A stretch of DNA of 13,787 bases from a virus. This document shows, piece by piece, positions 12,919 through 13,787 of the stretch (position 1 is the first letter of the stretch; each line of letters begins with the position of its first letter). A program made the translations under genes and the position numbers. The notes under the pieces were generated by a model. The model made no database searches and had not been told where the DNA came from. It saw only the letters and a program-made list of their open reading frames with translations. The DNA lies in the IMG/VR virus record IMGVR_UViG_3300036943_000626, positions 1 to 13,787 of that record; one strand, given 5' to 3'.

Positions 12919-12957
12919 TTGACAAAAATTCCCATTTTAGTAAACTTATAATATAAT
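12919..12957 (+). promoter_or_regulatory. Second early promoter region
   Basis: TTGACA (12919-12924), a 16-nt spacer, TAAACT (12941-12946), followed by two overlapping TATAAT hexamers (12947-12957). It shares cttgacaaa and tataatcaa with the 12783 promoter. Confidence 0.5.
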
Positions 12958-13100
12958 CAATGACCACACTTTTTTGCAAGCGATTGTCGATCACTTTCAA
13001 ACAAGTGGTAAAATTATGTTTATTATTTTTTTAAAACATCTTCTTATTCTAAAGCCTAGTTTTTAGGTGGTTTTTTTGATTTTAATAAATAATTTTAAAA

Positions 13101-13274
13101 ATGAAAAAAAACAGGTATGCTCTTTTATGGACTTCTTTTGGTTATGTTTTGACCAATGGAAAATCTCGTTGCGGTTACTTCAAAAATAAGTTTGAAGTTC
13201 AAAAATTTCTTTTGCTTTTAAAAAAGGAATTAGGCGATGAGAAAATGAATGTTTTTAGTTTAATAAATAAATAA
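13101..13274 (+). CDS. Hypothetical small early protein (57 aa, below the ORF-track cutoff)
   Basis: MKKNRYALLWTSFGYVLTNGKSRCGYFKNKFEVQKFLLLLKKELGDEKMNVFSLINK, read by hand. The stop lies 2 nt before the next ATG. Confidence 0.5.
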   Translation: MKKNRYALLWTSFGYVLTNGKSRCGYFKNKFEVQKFLLLLKKELGDEKMNVFSLINK

Positions 13275-13276
13275 TT

Positions 13277-13612
13277 ATGAAAAAACAAAAAATTAATTAT
13301 GTCGAATTGGTCGGCATGCAAAAAGAAAATACTGAAAGACATGGAGATAAAATTTATAATCTGATGATGGTTTTTCAATTTTCTTCTGATCGATTCTTTA
13401 AAAAATTTAATAAAAAATTCAAGAGAGATGTTGGTGAATTTTTCAAAATTAAATCTATTGAAGAATCAGATTTCCCTCTTGAAATTAAATTTTTGGGTTA
13501 TAAAGGAAAAAATACTGTTGGCTTTTATATTGATGATATTCTTGCTAATCTTGGCTGGACTTTTTTTCAAGAACACATTGAGGCATTTATCATTAACAAA
13601 ATAAAAAAATGA
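13277..13612 (+). CDS. Hypothetical early protein (111 aa)
   Basis: ORF tightly packed between the 57-aa ORF and ssb (ATGA overlap). Confidence 0.65.
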   Translation: MKKQKINYVELVGMQKENTERHGDKIYNLMMVFQFSSDRFFKKFNKKFKRDVGEFFKIKSIEESDFPLEIKFLGYKGKNTVGFYIDDILANLGWTFFQEHIEAFIINKIKK

Positions 13613-13787
13613 ACTACAACAAAACAATTCTAGCCGGAAGAATTTGTATTGATCCAAAAGTAAGGCTTACAAATTCAGGTTTGGCTGTTCTTCGAATCCC
13701 GATTGCTGTCAATCATTACAAAAAGAAAACTGATGGCGAAAGAGTTGAGGAATCCCATTTTTTTCAAGTTATTTTCTTTGGAAAACT
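13609..13787 (+). CDS. ssb: Single-stranded DNA-binding protein, 5' portion (runs off the window end; the true gene is 13609..13660 joined to 1..368, 420 nt, 139 aa)
   Basis: ATG at 13609 overlaps the TGA of the upstream ORF (ATGA). It translates MNYNKTILAGRICIDPKVRLTNSGLAVLRIPIAVNHY... and is in frame with the 21..368 ORF through the repeat. Confidence 0.85.
   Translation, partial: MNYNKTILAGRICIDPKVRLTNSGLAVLRIPIAVNHYKKKTDGERVEESHFFQVIFFGK
13661..13787. repeat. Terminal overlap copy B, identical to 1..127
   Basis: Same comparison as copy A. A length of 127 is typical of a maximum-k de Bruijn assembly overlap on a circular or permuted template. Confidence 0.95.

Noticed and set aside
13361-13370. 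Hammerhead-like CTGATGA, and CGAAAC strings at 1511 and 3295
   Set aside because: These are isolated core fragments without the complementary conserved half or the three-helix junction. One lies inside a coding region.
1-13787. Alternative genetic code (TGA or TAG reassignment)
   Set aside because: All long ORFs are intact under code 11. TGA ends genes at 613, 6342, 12181, 12786 and 13612, and TAG ends the capsid gene. Reading through these stops adds only a few codons, and Trp is encoded by TGG.

Overview
The window is a complete, circularly closing genome. Bases 1-127 are identical to 13661-13787, which gives a 13,660-bp unit, and the ssb gene reads in frame across the junction. Gene content is that of a miniature AT-rich tailed bacteriophage, podovirus-like, with all genes but one on the + strand. 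Going round the circle: (1) an early module with sigma70-consensus promoters at 12783 and 12919, two small ORFs, SSB, two Cys-containing small ORFs and a terminator at 855-891; (2) a lone minus-strand gene at 931-1206 resembling the ArdC N-terminal ssDNA-binding domain; (3) a promoter, a structured leader and a Zn-ribbon/HTH protein (1599-2192) that is a small-terminase or late-regulator candidate; (4) TerL, portal, scaffold, major capsid, an adaptor-like protein, an Asp-box (BNR) tail protein and a second tail protein; (5) an M23+LysM endolysin and a holin-like protein. I recognise no DNA polymerase, primase, helicase, integrase or repressor. Standard code 11 fits, because TGA, TAA and TAG all terminate genes. 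The main anomaly is 2193-3370, 1,178 bp or 8.6% of the genome, lying between the TerS-like gene and TerL. It has no credible ORF, its 5' part is far more GC-rich than the rest of the genome, and it is packed end to end with at least 13 stem-loops. Many follow a repeated layout: hairpin, then a conserved GA-N-(C/A)CACC tail, then a TATATAAAA-type linker. Two paralogous hairpins keep the same loop while their stems change in a compensatory way. I cannot assign this region to any family I know. It could be an array of structured RNAs, a large ornate ncRNA, or a DNA-level pac/ori element. All protein functions here come from motif recognition by eye and gene order, not from database searches.
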